From Candidatus Bathyarchaeota archaeon (GTDB taxonomy: Archaea; Thermoproteota; Bathyarchaeia; Bathyarchaeales; Bathycorpusculaceae): a stretch of 64,000 bases of DNA. Both the position numbers and the translations under genes were made by a program. Below are positions 53,136 to 61,876 of the stretch, piece by piece. Every line of letters begins with the position of its first letter. Positions within the stretch are counted from its first letter, which is position 1. The notes beneath the pieces were generated by a model. The model was not told the DNA's origin. It searched no databases and saw only the letters and a program-made list of their open reading frames with translations. The stretch lies in NCBI GenBank assembly GCA_963775685.1, contig CAVZJV010000001.1, positions 32,001 to 96,000 of the forward strand. The letters run 5' to 3'.

Positions 53136-53737
53136 CCTCTGTTTAATCCCTATTGAATACTGGCTTTATTTGTTACTATAAAATTGTTAAATAATTTCAG
53201 CCGAAAGTTAACGTTCCAAACTATTCGCCTCATCTTTTTCTCGGTTTTTTGATTACAAAGCTATGTATGATGCGGTACAGGTTAGTACGAATATAAATTC
53301 CCAAGGCAATGGGGCTATTTTTTGGGGGCTTTTGTTCTAAAAATGGTGCCGATCCTTTGTCTGTTATTGTTGCGGTTCGTAAAGAAGGAAGCCATCTGTA
53401 GGTGGTGCAGATTGAACGCCGTTTGGGGGAGAACTGGATAAGGCTTGGGTAAAGGGGGTATCTAATCATTTGCAGGCTAAAAATGAATTTGTGCTTAGCC
53501 AAGAAAAATTGAAAGATTCAGTTAAACGTGGAGTACTTCTAACGTTACGAGATACATTTGGTAAGAATGCCTTGTCTATTCCAAATAAGTTTACCCAACT
53601 TGTTGAAAGCGTTTATAAATAAGTTTTTTCTCCGGACTTAAAAAAAGACTAACTTGCTTCGTGGGTTTAAGACCGCAGCACAACCACCTCTCCCACGCTT
53701 CAAATATTTTAGAAGAAACAAACACTTCTCGCCTAAC

Positions 53738-53788
53738 AGAAGTAGAAGTAGACCAGAAAATATTTCACTGTTCTTCTACTACCCATAA
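53738..53788 (-). repeat. Island hairpin repeat, subtype A copy 1
   Basis: AGTAGAAGTAGACCAGAAAATATTTCACTGTTCTTCTACTACCCATAA. Confidence 0.9.
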
Positions 53789-53895
53789 AGACCTCTCTTT
53801 GGGGTGGGTAAATCAACAACTTACGTTTTTCCAAACTAATCATTTCAAATTTATTAGTAAGTTTGTATCTGTTTATCATTAGTTCGGTGGGTTTG

Positions 53896-54132
53896 ATGGC
53901 TAAACCTGCGTATTTAGATGAGGACGACCTTAAACTTCTTTTTGAAACTAAACAAAAGTTAGATGAAGCTACCAAACTGATGGGTGAACTTATGGAAACC
54001 ATTGATGTTTTAAATGATCCTGAAATGATGAAAGCCCTCAATCAAGGACAAGAGGACATTAAAGCTGGCAGAATCAAAGATTTGTGGTCGCTTCTAAAGG
54101 ATGAGAAAGCGATGAAAACAAAGAACTCTTGA
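53896..54132 (+). CDS. Putative orphan antitoxin (RelB/YefM C-terminus-like)
   Basis: LMETIDVLNDPEMMKALNQGQEDIKAGRI; no toxin gene follows. Confidence 0.6.
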   Translation: MAKPAYLDEDDLKLLFETKQKLDEATKLMGELMETIDVLNDPEMMKALNQGQEDIKAGRIKDLWSLLKDEKAMKTKNS

Positions 54133-54271
54133 GTTTATTTTGAAAGATGACACTGTTGTGTAAAATTGGTTTGCTTCATTATACCATCATGATTATCTCT
54201 TTGGCCAAGTCTCCTTTTTTTGAATGTAAAAGGGGTAAGGCTTAAGAATTTCGAAAACGCTATGCAATCAT

Positions 54272-54475
54272 ATGCTACGCTATAGAGTTATAATAGAAAA
54301 AGATGAAGATGGCATGCTTGTCGCTAAAGTTCCTGACTTGCCTGGTTGTGCTACCGAGGGAAAAACAAGAGTGGAACTTATGAAAAATGTCAAGGAAGCG
54401 ATACAGGCGTACATTGAGGCGTTAAAGGAACATGGTGAGCCAGTTCCTATTGAAACGGTGCAAGTTAGTGTCTAA
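54272..54475 (+). CDS. hicB: HicB-family antitoxin
   Basis: VIIEKDEDG..VAKVPDLPGCATEGKT..E...NVKEAI. Confidence 0.92.
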   Translation: MLRYRVIIEKDEDGMLVAKVPDLPGCATEGKTRVELMKNVKEAIQAYIEALKEHGEPVPIETVQVSV

Positions 54476-54725
54476 ACTAAAGACGCTTGATTATGATGTT
54501 GTATTAAAGGCTCTCGTAAAAATCGGCTATGTTGTTAATAATCAGAGGGGTAGCCACATCGTTATGCGATTTGTAGACAAACAAAAGTACATTACTTTAT
54601 TTGGCTGTAGAAATAACGAGGTTATGGTGGTTATCCCTGCCCATAAACCTCTGGGAAAAGGTATGTTACGTACCATTATCAGGGAAATTGACCTCTCAGT
54701 TGAGGAATTCAACGAGTTTCTTTGA
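54468..54725 (+). CDS. hicA: HicA-family toxin
   Basis: QRGSH, VVIPAH, GKGMLRTIIRE; overlaps hicB. Confidence 0.88.
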   Translation: MSKLKTLDYDVVLKALVKIGYVVNNQRGSHIVMRFVDKQKYITLFGCRNNEVMVVIPAHKPLGKGMLRTIIREIDLSVEEFNEFL

Positions 54726-54831
54726 AATCTTATTCAATGGAATTGAATTATGAGGGCTCCTATCGGTTTGGGGTTAAGCGGAGGGAATCTAGTTTGTTTC
54801 TGTTAATTAGAATAATCTGGGATTAGACTGA

Positions 54832-54880
54832 AAGTAGAAGTAGACCAGAAATTTTTTCACTGTTCTTCTACTACCCATAA
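54832..54880 (-). repeat. Island hairpin repeat, subtype A copy 2
   Basis: AAGTAGAAGTAGACCAGAAATTTTTTCACTGTTCTTCTACTACCCATAA; 2 loop differences from copy 1. Confidence 0.9.
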
Positions 54881-55109
54881 AAACACCCATCTGTGGTTGG
54901 CGGTTGATTGCTGCCCATTAAAGTTGGATAAAGAAAAACTCACAATAAAAAGTTGCGTTTTAATTGATGTTGTGGGGATTCGAACCTCTACTCGATAGAG
55001 ATGTCACCGCTTGTCTTCTTTTTTTATTTGAATTACTAACTTTCTGAAGATGTGGAGAGATAGATAGAAAAAAAGTTGTAACTGGATTTAGTTTCTTTTG
55101 AAGAACAAT

Positions 55110-55715
55110 CTATCTTGTGATTTCTTTCTCTATCTTTTCAAATAGTTCTACAAAAGTCTGTTCCGGCTGAGCACCTACAATTGTATATTCATCATTTATA
55201 ATAAACGTAGGAACACCAGTAATGTTGCGTTTTTTTGCTTCAGCACAGTTATTTGCATATGTTTTTTGGAGCAAGGGGTCTTCCAACGCATTTTCAACAT
55301 CCTTTTTTGTTAAGCCAATTTTCTTTGCTAAATCTATGATGACCTCGTCATTTCCGATGTCCAGGCAGTCTTCAAAGTAGGCTTTGAATATTGTATCAGT
55401 AAATTCTTCATTTTTGCCCATTATCCGTGAATATTCACCCACTATAAGAGGTCGTCTTGAATTAGGCATCACCATAACATCACAAAAGTTCAAACCGTAC
55501 TCTCTGCCTCTATTTCTCAAATGTTCTTACATTTCATTTGTTTGAGAAATGTATTTTCTTAAATCGACGCCGCAGATGGGCGTTTCTGGATGAATTTCAA
55601 TTCCAACGTGTTCAAGCTCAATATCAAACTGATTTTTGAGTTTATCAATAATAGCTTTGCCAAGGTAACAAAAGGGGCAAATGTAATCTGAAAACATTCT
55701 AATTTTTATCTTCAT
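55110..55715 (-). pseudogene. DsbA/FrnE-family oxidoreductase with one in-frame TAA at 55527-55529
   Basis: SDYICPFC and ITGVPTFII..GAQP lie in the same frame, separated only by a single stop (NEM*EHLR). Confidence 0.85.
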
Positions 55716-55723
55716 TAAATCGC

Positions 55724-56536
55724 CTATTGACTGTCTGGTTTTTTTCCTTCTTCTGTTTGCTTAGGTAACGAGTGCGCTTCTGTTGAAAAAGCACCGACGG
55801 TTTTAATCAGTTTTAGTCCTCTTTGAGTTATGACGTAGTCTCCTTTGGATGCTTCTTGCGCCATCAGATTTGCATCAATAAGCTTCTTTAGATGAAATGC
55901 TAAGTGGCCTGCCTTTAGATCTACTGTTCTGGACAATTCTGAGAAGCTTCGTTTTCCTTCGCTAACTGAAAATAGAATCTTGAGCCGTGAATGGTTTGAG
56001 AGCGGTTCAAACAGTGAATCAATGAGAAATTGAGTGTCAATGACTTCAGGGTTCTTGGTTTTGTTACTGCCTTCAACTAATACAATTTCATGGTAGGCTC
56101 TTTTTTCACGCTTTAGCTTCTTATCAAAGTTGGAGAAACAGTTTCCGCATTGCTGACCTTTGGTCTTTTCAACCATTAACTCGTTTTCAGCTATTTTATC
56201 ATCTAAGTCTGCAAGAGCTTCTTTTGTTCCAGATTGTTTGATAACTTGTGTGTTTTCCTCTATTGTGTTTTTGTAATGCTCAAGGCATTTGTTTCTGTTT
56301 TGGCAATCTTCTTTGAGCAACGTTGCAATGTCTTGATTTAGAGATTGCGACCTGTGGCCAGCATAGACCGATAGGTGATTTTGTATAAGAGTATCTTCAA
56401 TTGCACGAAGACGTTCCTTCAAAACGGTTTCTTCTACCCTGTTCATGTCTGTTCTTAAGCCTTTAATCTCCATCTTCAACTCAGCGATTGCACCAATTAT
56501 GTAATCGTATGATGAATCCTTGCCTGTGTGAGTCAA
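55724..56536 (-). CDS. ArsR-type wHTH regulator with Cys-containing coiled-coil N-terminus
   Basis: EPLSNHSRLKIL, SFSELS, GHLAFHLKKL, YVITQRG; CxxxxxC and CxxC motifs. Confidence 0.8.
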   Translation of the reverse strand: MTHTGKDSSYDYIIGAIAELKMEIKGLRTDMNRVEETVLKERLRAIEDTLIQNHLSVYAGHRSQSLNQDIATLLKEDCQNRNKCLEHYKNTIEENTQVIKQSGTKEALADLDDKIAENELMVEKTKGQQCGNCFSNFDKKLKREKRAYHEIVLVEGSNKTKNPEVIDTQFLIDSLFEPLSNHSRLKILFSVSEGKRSFSELSRTVDLKAGHLAFHLKKLIDANLMAQEASKGDYVITQRGLKLIKTVGAFSTEAHSLPKQTEEGKKPDSQ

Positions 56537-56632
56537 ATACTGTGCTTCCCTTTCATTTGCTGAGTATATTCTACTTCCCTAAAAGTATATTAGAGTTTTG
56601 CAGTTATGCTTACATTATAGGATGTGTGAATT

Positions 56633-57031
56633 TTGGTTAGTATCCCTAAAGATGTAATGGATGTTTTAAATGCAAGTGATTCAGCGAAAATGATAGCAAC
56701 TATCGACGATAAAGGCATTCCAAACGTAGTTCCATTATGGTTTGTAGTAGTAGACCCTGAAACTATTGTGTTCGCAGAAGTTTTCATCAAGAAGACAAAA
56801 GAAAACCTTGAAAAAAACAAGCAAGTTGCTCTTGCAGTGTTCAAAGGACCAATGACAGGCTACCAACTAAAGGGAACATTCAGTGGTTTCCAAACAAGTG
56901 GCCCAATTTTCGATGACTTCGCAAAGAAGAGCATGGAAACTATGAAAATAAAAATAAAAAGTGTTGGCATAATAAAAGTCACTGAAGTCTTCTCTGCTTC
57001 GCCAGGACAAGGCAGCAAAAAACTAGCATAA
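56633..57031 (+). CDS. Pyridoxamine 5'-phosphate oxidase-like FMN-binding protein
   Basis: IATIDDKGIPNVVP, KTKENLEKN, GYQLKG, SASPG. Confidence 0.85.
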   Translation: MVSIPKDVMDVLNASDSAKMIATIDDKGIPNVVPLWFVVVDPETIVFAEVFIKKTKENLEKNKQVALAVFKGPMTGYQLKGTFSGFQTSGPIFDDFAKKSMETMKIKIKSVGIIKVTEVFSASPGQGSKKLA

Positions 57032-57290
57032 CCTTGTCAAATGCGGACTTACTTTCTTTCCCAGTTTTTTATCCTGGAAAACAAATTCCTTTGATTCAAA
57101 TCTAAGCGTTTAAGATTGGCTTATGGGCAGCAGTTGCAGTTGTTGGTGTTGAGCCATTTTTTGTGCCACTTAAAGTGTGCACTCGGAGTAAGAATGTTTT
57201 ATTGAATTAATTCAATCACTCGGATTGTTGGTATGCCCTAAATTATCTTGTGTTACTTTGTGTTATGTGAGGTAATTGGAGGCTGCTTTA

Positions 57291-57527
57291 ATGGTGAAAA
57301 ATGTTATCGATTTAAACGAAAGGGACAGCCGAGTAATCAACATAGTTAAGGCAAAGTATGGGCTTAAAGATAAAAGCCAAGCTTTAAGCATAATTATCCA
57401 GCATTATGAAAAGTGTGAGCTTGAACCTCAGCTTAGACCCGAGTTTGTGAAGGAAATAGCGGACACCGTTAAGAGGGGTAAATTTGTCAAGGTTAAGGAT
57501 TTCGCGGAAGAGTATGGACTAAAGTGA
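57291..57527 (+). CDS. DUF2683-like antitoxin, copy 2
   Basis: Near-identical to 47373-47609, including the upstream leader. Confidence 0.75.
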   Translation: MVKNVIDLNERDSRVINIVKAKYGLKDKSQALSIIIQHYEKCELEPQLRPEFVKEIADTVKRGKFVKVKDFAEEYGLK

Positions 57528-57611
57528 TTGCTTGAATAGTCTTGAAATCGAGGAAGAGGTTTCTAAAACTTTTCACAACCTGCTTCAGTTAGCTTACCCA
57601 AGACCCTCCAT

Positions 57612-58124
57612 TTACATTTTGTCTATTAATTCCATTATCTTAGCGTAGGTTTCCACATTGCAGCGCCAACCTAAAGAAATCATATCCTTAACAGCCCCTT
57701 TAGCTTGCTCTTTTAACAGTAGCCCTTCAAAAACCGCCCGTGCCAAAATGTAGGGTGTGCCCACATAGCTGATTTTGTATATTTTAGCGGTTTTTCTTGC
57801 TACTTCATCATCAATAACCGCCAATCCTTTATGCTCTTTGGCAAGCGCTAAAACCTCTGCGTCGGCGGCATGAAGCCCCTGTGTCTTGGACAATTGTGAA
57901 AGGAACAGTTTGTCTTTGGGTTTGTAAAGTTCAAAAACTCCGTTTTCGAAGAGTTTTTCTAGCGCAATTGCATCTGGAACTCCTTTTTGTTTGCCTTTAT
58001 CTACAACTTCAGTTTTCACCAGTAGAGAGGTCAACTTTTTCTCTTGAAGGTTTTCAATAATTCCGCTTAACCCTACTTTGGATAGATATATTAAAGGGGT
58101 GGAATTGAAAACTAACGGTTTCAA
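57612..58124 (-). CDS. DUF3368 PIN-like toxin
   Basis: VFNSTPLIYL, DAEVLALA, IDDEVARK, GTPYIL. Confidence 0.85.
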   Translation of the reverse strand: MKPLVFNSTPLIYLSKVGLSGIIENLQEKKLTSLLVKTEVVDKGKQKGVPDAIALEKLFENGVFELYKPKDKLFLSQLSKTQGLHAADAEVLALAKEHKGLAVIDDEVARKTAKIYKISYVGTPYILARAVFEGLLLKEQAKGAVKDMISLGWRCNVETYAKIMELIDKM

Positions 58125-58477
58125 TTTTGTTCCGCCGCTGATGCTGATGTAAATTCGTTCTCGACTTCTTCTGGATCAAACCTGACCCATTCAACGTTAT
58201 GTTGTTTTAATAGATCTGCAAATTCCCAAAGAGAGAGTTTTGCAATGTCTGCTGCTTGGGCAAAAGTGACTTTGCCTTTACTTAAGAGTTCTAAGGCGGT
58301 TTGCTTTCGCCATTCGGTTATGCCTGTTTGAAGAAGATTTCGGACAACTGTTGCTTTATCAAGTTTTTCTTTTTTTATGATTTCAGAAATTTCTTTATCT
58401 AATTCAGCTGGGACGCGAACTGCTAATGGTTTGAGTGTCAAACACCTGTCACCGTATACAATAGATGCCATTTGCAT
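58121..58477 (-). CDS. UPF0175-family antitoxin (RHH plus HTH); true start probably nearer 58440
   Basis: LAVRVP, DKATVVR, GKVTFAQAADIAKLSLWEF. Confidence 0.8.
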   Translation of the reverse strand: MQMASIVYGDRCLTLKPLAVRVPAELDKEISEIIKKEKLDKATVVRNLLQTGITEWRKQTALELLSKGKVTFAQAADIAKLSLWEFADLLKQHNVEWVRFDPEEVENEFTSASAAEQN

Positions 58478-58662
58478 ACATAAGTATTTTGCATAAAATT
58501 ATGCGATAACACGTAATTTTCTCTTTAAACTCTGTCTACATTTTTTATTAAAAATAGGTGTTAAGAGTAAAGAAGTTGTCTCAAAAAAGCTTAATCACAT
58601 AGTTTTATCAAAAGTATGTGGTTAGCCACTAAAATAATTTTCAAAGCCCACTTTTAATTGAA

Positions 58663-58706
58663 AGAAGAAGTAGACCAGAAAATATTTCACTGTTCTTCTA
58701 CTACCT
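58663..58706 (-). repeat. Island hairpin repeat, subtype A copy 3
   Basis: AGAAGAAGTAGACCAGAAAATATTTCACTGTTCTTCTACTACC. Confidence 0.9.
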
Positions 58707-58866
58707 CTATAAGCTTAGAAAATTTGGCTGGTTAAAAGAAGACAGTAACCCCGTTTGGCAATCGAGCGTACCTGATAGGCTTACATATAGAAAGTCTGTT
58801 CATTCAGAACTTGAGAACAAACTATAGAAGAAGAACGGAGTGTCAAGAAAAAATTCACTGTCTAAG

Positions 58867-58908
58867 ATGGGTAGTAGTCGTCTGGCAAGCTCTATAGACG
58901 ACTACTTC
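58867..58908 (+). repeat. Island hairpin repeat variant
   Basis: ATGGGT-AGTAGTCGTCT-ggcaagctctat-AGACGACTACT, an 11-bp perfect inverted repeat with the ATGGGTAG foot. Confidence 0.7.
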
Positions 58909-59078
58909 TAATGTTTGCCGATGTTGAAAAAGCGTGATTTCCTGCGGCAAGTATTTTTTCTTCTTTTTTCAACTTTAAGCAAATTTACTATTGGATTCAC
59001 CAGATAATGGGTAAACGAGATGTAAGGGCTTTTTCTGGATGGACCTCCGATAAGCCGTATGATATCGGCGGTACAAAA

Positions 59079-59867
59079 ATGAGTGAAGTAGTCGTTGGGT
59101 TGGATGTTCACCTGAAGAATACTCAGGTGACAGTTATGAAGAATGACTTAATTGGAGAAATAGTGAAAAAAGAAAGAGTAGGAACTAACAAAGCTGAACT
59201 GCAGAAGTCTTTAGCATCCGTTCCTAAAGGCAGTAAGGTAGCTTTGGAATCGGTTGGTTCCTGTTGGCCATGGATTGATTTTCTAGAAGAGCTTGGATAC
59301 GAAGTATTGCTTGCTAATCCAGTGAAAGTGAAGCTGCGAGCGGAAGATATTAAGAATGATAAGGTAGATAGTAGGACGTTGGCTGAATTGGTTAGGGTGA
59401 ACTGGTTGCCAACATGTTACATACCGCCAGCTGAGCTTCGTTGGCTGCGTAGTCTATTGCGTCATAGATCTTATCGAACGAGACTTTCTACCAGTGTTAA
59501 AAATAGAAGCAAATCTGAGTTTAGAAAGCGAGATATCCAGTTGGATGTTAATCTTGGAACTATTAAAGGAAGGAAAGCGGCTGGTATGCTTGATGTTTTT
59601 GAGGTTAATCAGAATATTGAACTGCTTGACTTGATTGTAAGACAAAACAAGGAAGTGGAAAAGCAGCTTTTGAAAAAGTATGGAAAGATCAAGCCTGTTG
59701 AGTTATTGACGTCTATTCCCGAGATTGGGGGTCATCTTGCATGTGTTTATAGGGACGCTTTTAAAAGGAAAGGGAAGGGTGCTGACGCGATTAAGGTTGT
59801 TGCGCGTAAGTTAGTAAATGTGGTTTGGGCTGTTTGGATGTATGAGAAAGAGTTCATGGTAAAGTAG
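59079..59867 (+). CDS. IS110 DEDD transposase/recombinase lacking the core of the C-terminal Tnp domain
   Basis: GLDVH, ALES, ANP, KNDKVDS (DEDD); SIPEIG runs directly into ...AIKVVARKL without the GLxP...SG segment. Confidence 0.88.
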   Translation: MSEVVVGLDVHLKNTQVTVMKNDLIGEIVKKERVGTNKAELQKSLASVPKGSKVALESVGSCWPWIDFLEELGYEVLLANPVKVKLRAEDIKNDKVDSRTLAELVRVNWLPTCYIPPAELRWLRSLLRHRSYRTRLSTSVKNRSKSEFRKRDIQLDVNLGTIKGRKAAGMLDVFEVNQNIELLDLIVRQNKEVEKQLLKKYGKIKPVELLTSIPEIGGHLACVYRDAFKRKGKGADAIKVVARKLVNVVWAVWMYEKEFMVK

Positions 59868-60030
59868 GACAAACAACAGGGGATGTCTTCTGTCTTCTTC
59901 TGCGGTTTGACCGCTTTCGGGTAGAGTGGAGTGTTCCTTTGTTGTTGGCTGAAGCCGATGTGCGACTTGGTTCGCTGATAGGAGAATGCTGTCTGAAATA
60001 CAGGTTTGAGTAAAAGGATTTAAGAAAGAA
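59868..60030 (+). ncRNA. Putative bridge/seekRNA
   Basis: Stem 59871-59884 / 59933-59947 encloses TCTTCTTCT (59893-59901), hairpin GCGGT-TTG-ACCGC and GGGTAGA (59919-59925), which match the two insertion-site flanks; ATAGGA (59978-59983) matches the element's right end. Confidence 0.65.
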
Positions 60031-60098
60031 ATGAGGTGAGATGGTTAGGTAGTCGGGGTCTGTTTAGAGCTGGCCTTCGTCTGGTCTTCTTACATAGG

Positions 60099-60146
60099 AG
60101 AAGAAGAAGCGTAATTTTTTCATTCTTCTTCTTTTGACGCTGATCT
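60099..60146 (+). repeat. Island hairpin repeat, subtype B (target of the IS)
   Basis: AGAAGAAGAAgcgTAATTTTTTCAtTCTTCTTCTTTTGACGCTGATCT. Confidence 0.8.
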
Positions 60147-60194
60147 TAATGTGCATAGCTTGCCTTTATAGAAGTTTAGGTGTTCGGTTTACGG

Positions 60195-61697
60195 TTAATT
60201 TGTGGTGGTTGTGAAGGTCTTCTTGTCTTTCTTGCATAGTTCATGCACAAGGTCTCTTCCCATTAGGCAAACTGTACTGATTCCAAATGTTCCTCCAGCC
60301 CATTGTCCAACCATGTAAAAATTCTGCAATCCAGGTAATGTTTTGCTAACACCCTTCTTATTTATTTCTTTAGCTAGTTCTTTAGGTGGCGGCCAAGGCT
60401 GAGCAAATCCACGATAACCGCCCGTCCAATGCTCCACAGAAACCGGTGTTACAACATCGAAAGCTTCGATTTGTTTTGTGAATCCAGGAAAACGCTTCTC
60501 TAATCTCGTAGCAACCATATCCGCTAACTGTTGCTTGTGTTCTCTGTAATGTTCTTGATTTGCTGATAGTTTTTTCCAATACTCATAGTTCGAGTCAAAA
60601 TTAATTTTGATAACACATTTGCCAACTGGTGCTAATGATTGATCAAAGTTTAATATTTCAATGTCGAGTCTATCTTTTTCTTTTTCCTCTACAGTTATTG
60701 GTTGGTCCAAAAAGAGCACCATTGCATGGGGTTCGTTCGAAAAACTTCTGTTAACTCCATACCAAATCTCAAGCCCAAAAGGTTGAGTCTTGGGACATGA
60801 ATTGTAGTAAGAGTGGATGAGTTTATTAGAATATTTTTCTTTTAGCATTCCAAATATTGTTGAATAGCCATCAGCTGCCGAAATTACTAAGTCTGCAAAA
60901 TGTTCCGATCCATCTTCAAGCACAATTCCTTTCGCTACGTCGTTTTCAATGATTATCTTCTTTACTTTTGAATTATAGCGTACTTCTCCACCGAGTTCTT
61001 TGTAGCGTTTCTCAATGTTGCGTGAAAGAGCTGCTGAACCTCCGATTGGCCATCCTGCGTCAGCTATACTTAACATCGAGAGAAAAATTATGGGCACTAT
61101 TGTAGGTACTTCTTCTATATCGTATTGAATTGTGGAGAATGCTTTTTTTAGAAATGGATCTGTGAATTTTTGGGCGTATTCTTTTAAATTAATTTTTCCA
61201 TACTTCATAAAGAAACTCATTAGTGGCAGAATTTTCAGTTTTCCGCCTACACCGCCAAACATTGCGCCAAATACATCTTGACCGCTGAATTTCCGAATTG
61301 CTTTTGTGAATTCTTCGATTAGTCTTGTATCGGCTGGTGAGAGTTCTTTCATGTGTTTTTCCAGTTTTTCGATATCTGAGTAGACTGTGAAAGCTTTTCC
61401 GTTTACGTCTTCAACTTGGACAAATTCATTAAAAGCGTAGGCGTTGGTTCCTTTTAGTGCTCCAAGTTCTTGCCATATTTTATTGTATAAGGTTCCTGTT
61501 GGTTTGGGGGAAACACCAAAGACGTTGTGAACTGCATAATCAAAATGGTAATCATTGCGTTTCCATGAAACACAGACGCCGCCGGGTTTGTTTTGCATTT
61601 CGCAGATTTGGGTTTTATATCCGTTCATTTGGCTGTAGCAGCCAGTGGATAAGCCGGCTAAGCCACCGCCTATAATTATTATGGATTTTTCTGCCAT
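60195..61697 (-). CDS. Phytoene desaturase-family FAD-dependent oxidoreductase
   Basis: IIGGGLAGL, KPGG, WPIGGS, TLPGLQNFYMVGQW. Confidence 0.85.
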   Translation of the reverse strand: MAEKSIIIIGGGLAGLSTGCYSQMNGYKTQICEMQNKPGGVCVSWKRNDYHFDYAVHNVFGVSPKPTGTLYNKIWQELGALKGTNAYAFNEFVQVEDVNGKAFTVYSDIEKLEKHMKELSPADTRLIEEFTKAIRKFSGQDVFGAMFGGVGGKLKILPLMSFFMKYGKINLKEYAQKFTDPFLKKAFSTIQYDIEEVPTIVPIIFLSMLSIADAGWPIGGSAALSRNIEKRYKELGGEVRYNSKVKKIIIENDVAKGIVLEDGSEHFADLVISAADGYSTIFGMLKEKYSNKLIHSYYNSCPKTQPFGLEIWYGVNRSFSNEPHAMVLFLDQPITVEEKEKDRLDIEILNFDQSLAPVGKCVIKINFDSNYEYWKKLSANQEHYREHKQQLADMVATRLEKRFPGFTKQIEAFDVVTPVSVEHWTGGYRGFAQPWPPPKELAKEINKKGVSKTLPGLQNFYMVGQWAGGTFGISTVCLMGRDLVHELCKKDKKTFTTTTN

Positions 61698-61813
61698 TGA
61701 AGTCCACCCAGAACATTATTGCTAATTACAAAAGTCGCAATTAAACTTTAACAAAAAGGGAACCTTAGCTCAATAACTTGTTACATTGTTTGAATTTTAC
61801 ATTTTTTAATTTG

Positions 61814-61857
61814 GAAGTAGTTGTCGAAGCTGAAAATTTCAACTAGACTGCTACTTC
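61814..61857 (+). repeat. Island hairpin repeat variant
   Basis: GAAGTAGTTGTC-gaagc-TGAAAATTTCA-acta-GACTGCTACTTC. Confidence 0.7.
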
Positions 61858-61876
61858 TCTTTATTTGAAGAACTTT

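Larger units (their letters stand above)
59013..60098 (+). mobile_element. IS110-family element of IS1111 type, internally deleted
   Basis: Sub-terminal IRs ATGTAAG (59020-59026, 7 bp inside the left end) and CTTACAT (60089-60095, 3 bp inside the right end); no target duplication; ~230 bp 3' non-coding region. Confidence 0.82.

Noticed and set aside
54968-54995. tRNA T-arm-like GGTTCGAATCCC on the minus strand (similar word near 35820)
   Set aside because: Too short, with no acceptor or anticodon arm.
55527-55529. Selenocysteine or pyrrolysine recoding in DsbA
   Set aside because: The stop is TAA, not TGA or TAG, and it lies away from the intact CPFC site.
53738-58706. Three ~45 bp repeats as a CRISPR array
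   Set aside because: Spacing is 1.1 and 3.8 kb with whole genes in between, and there are no cas genes in the window.
59007-59078. ORF-track start for the transposase
   Set aside because: It begins outside the inferred IS left end (59013); ATG 59079 precedes the VVGLDVH motif as expected.
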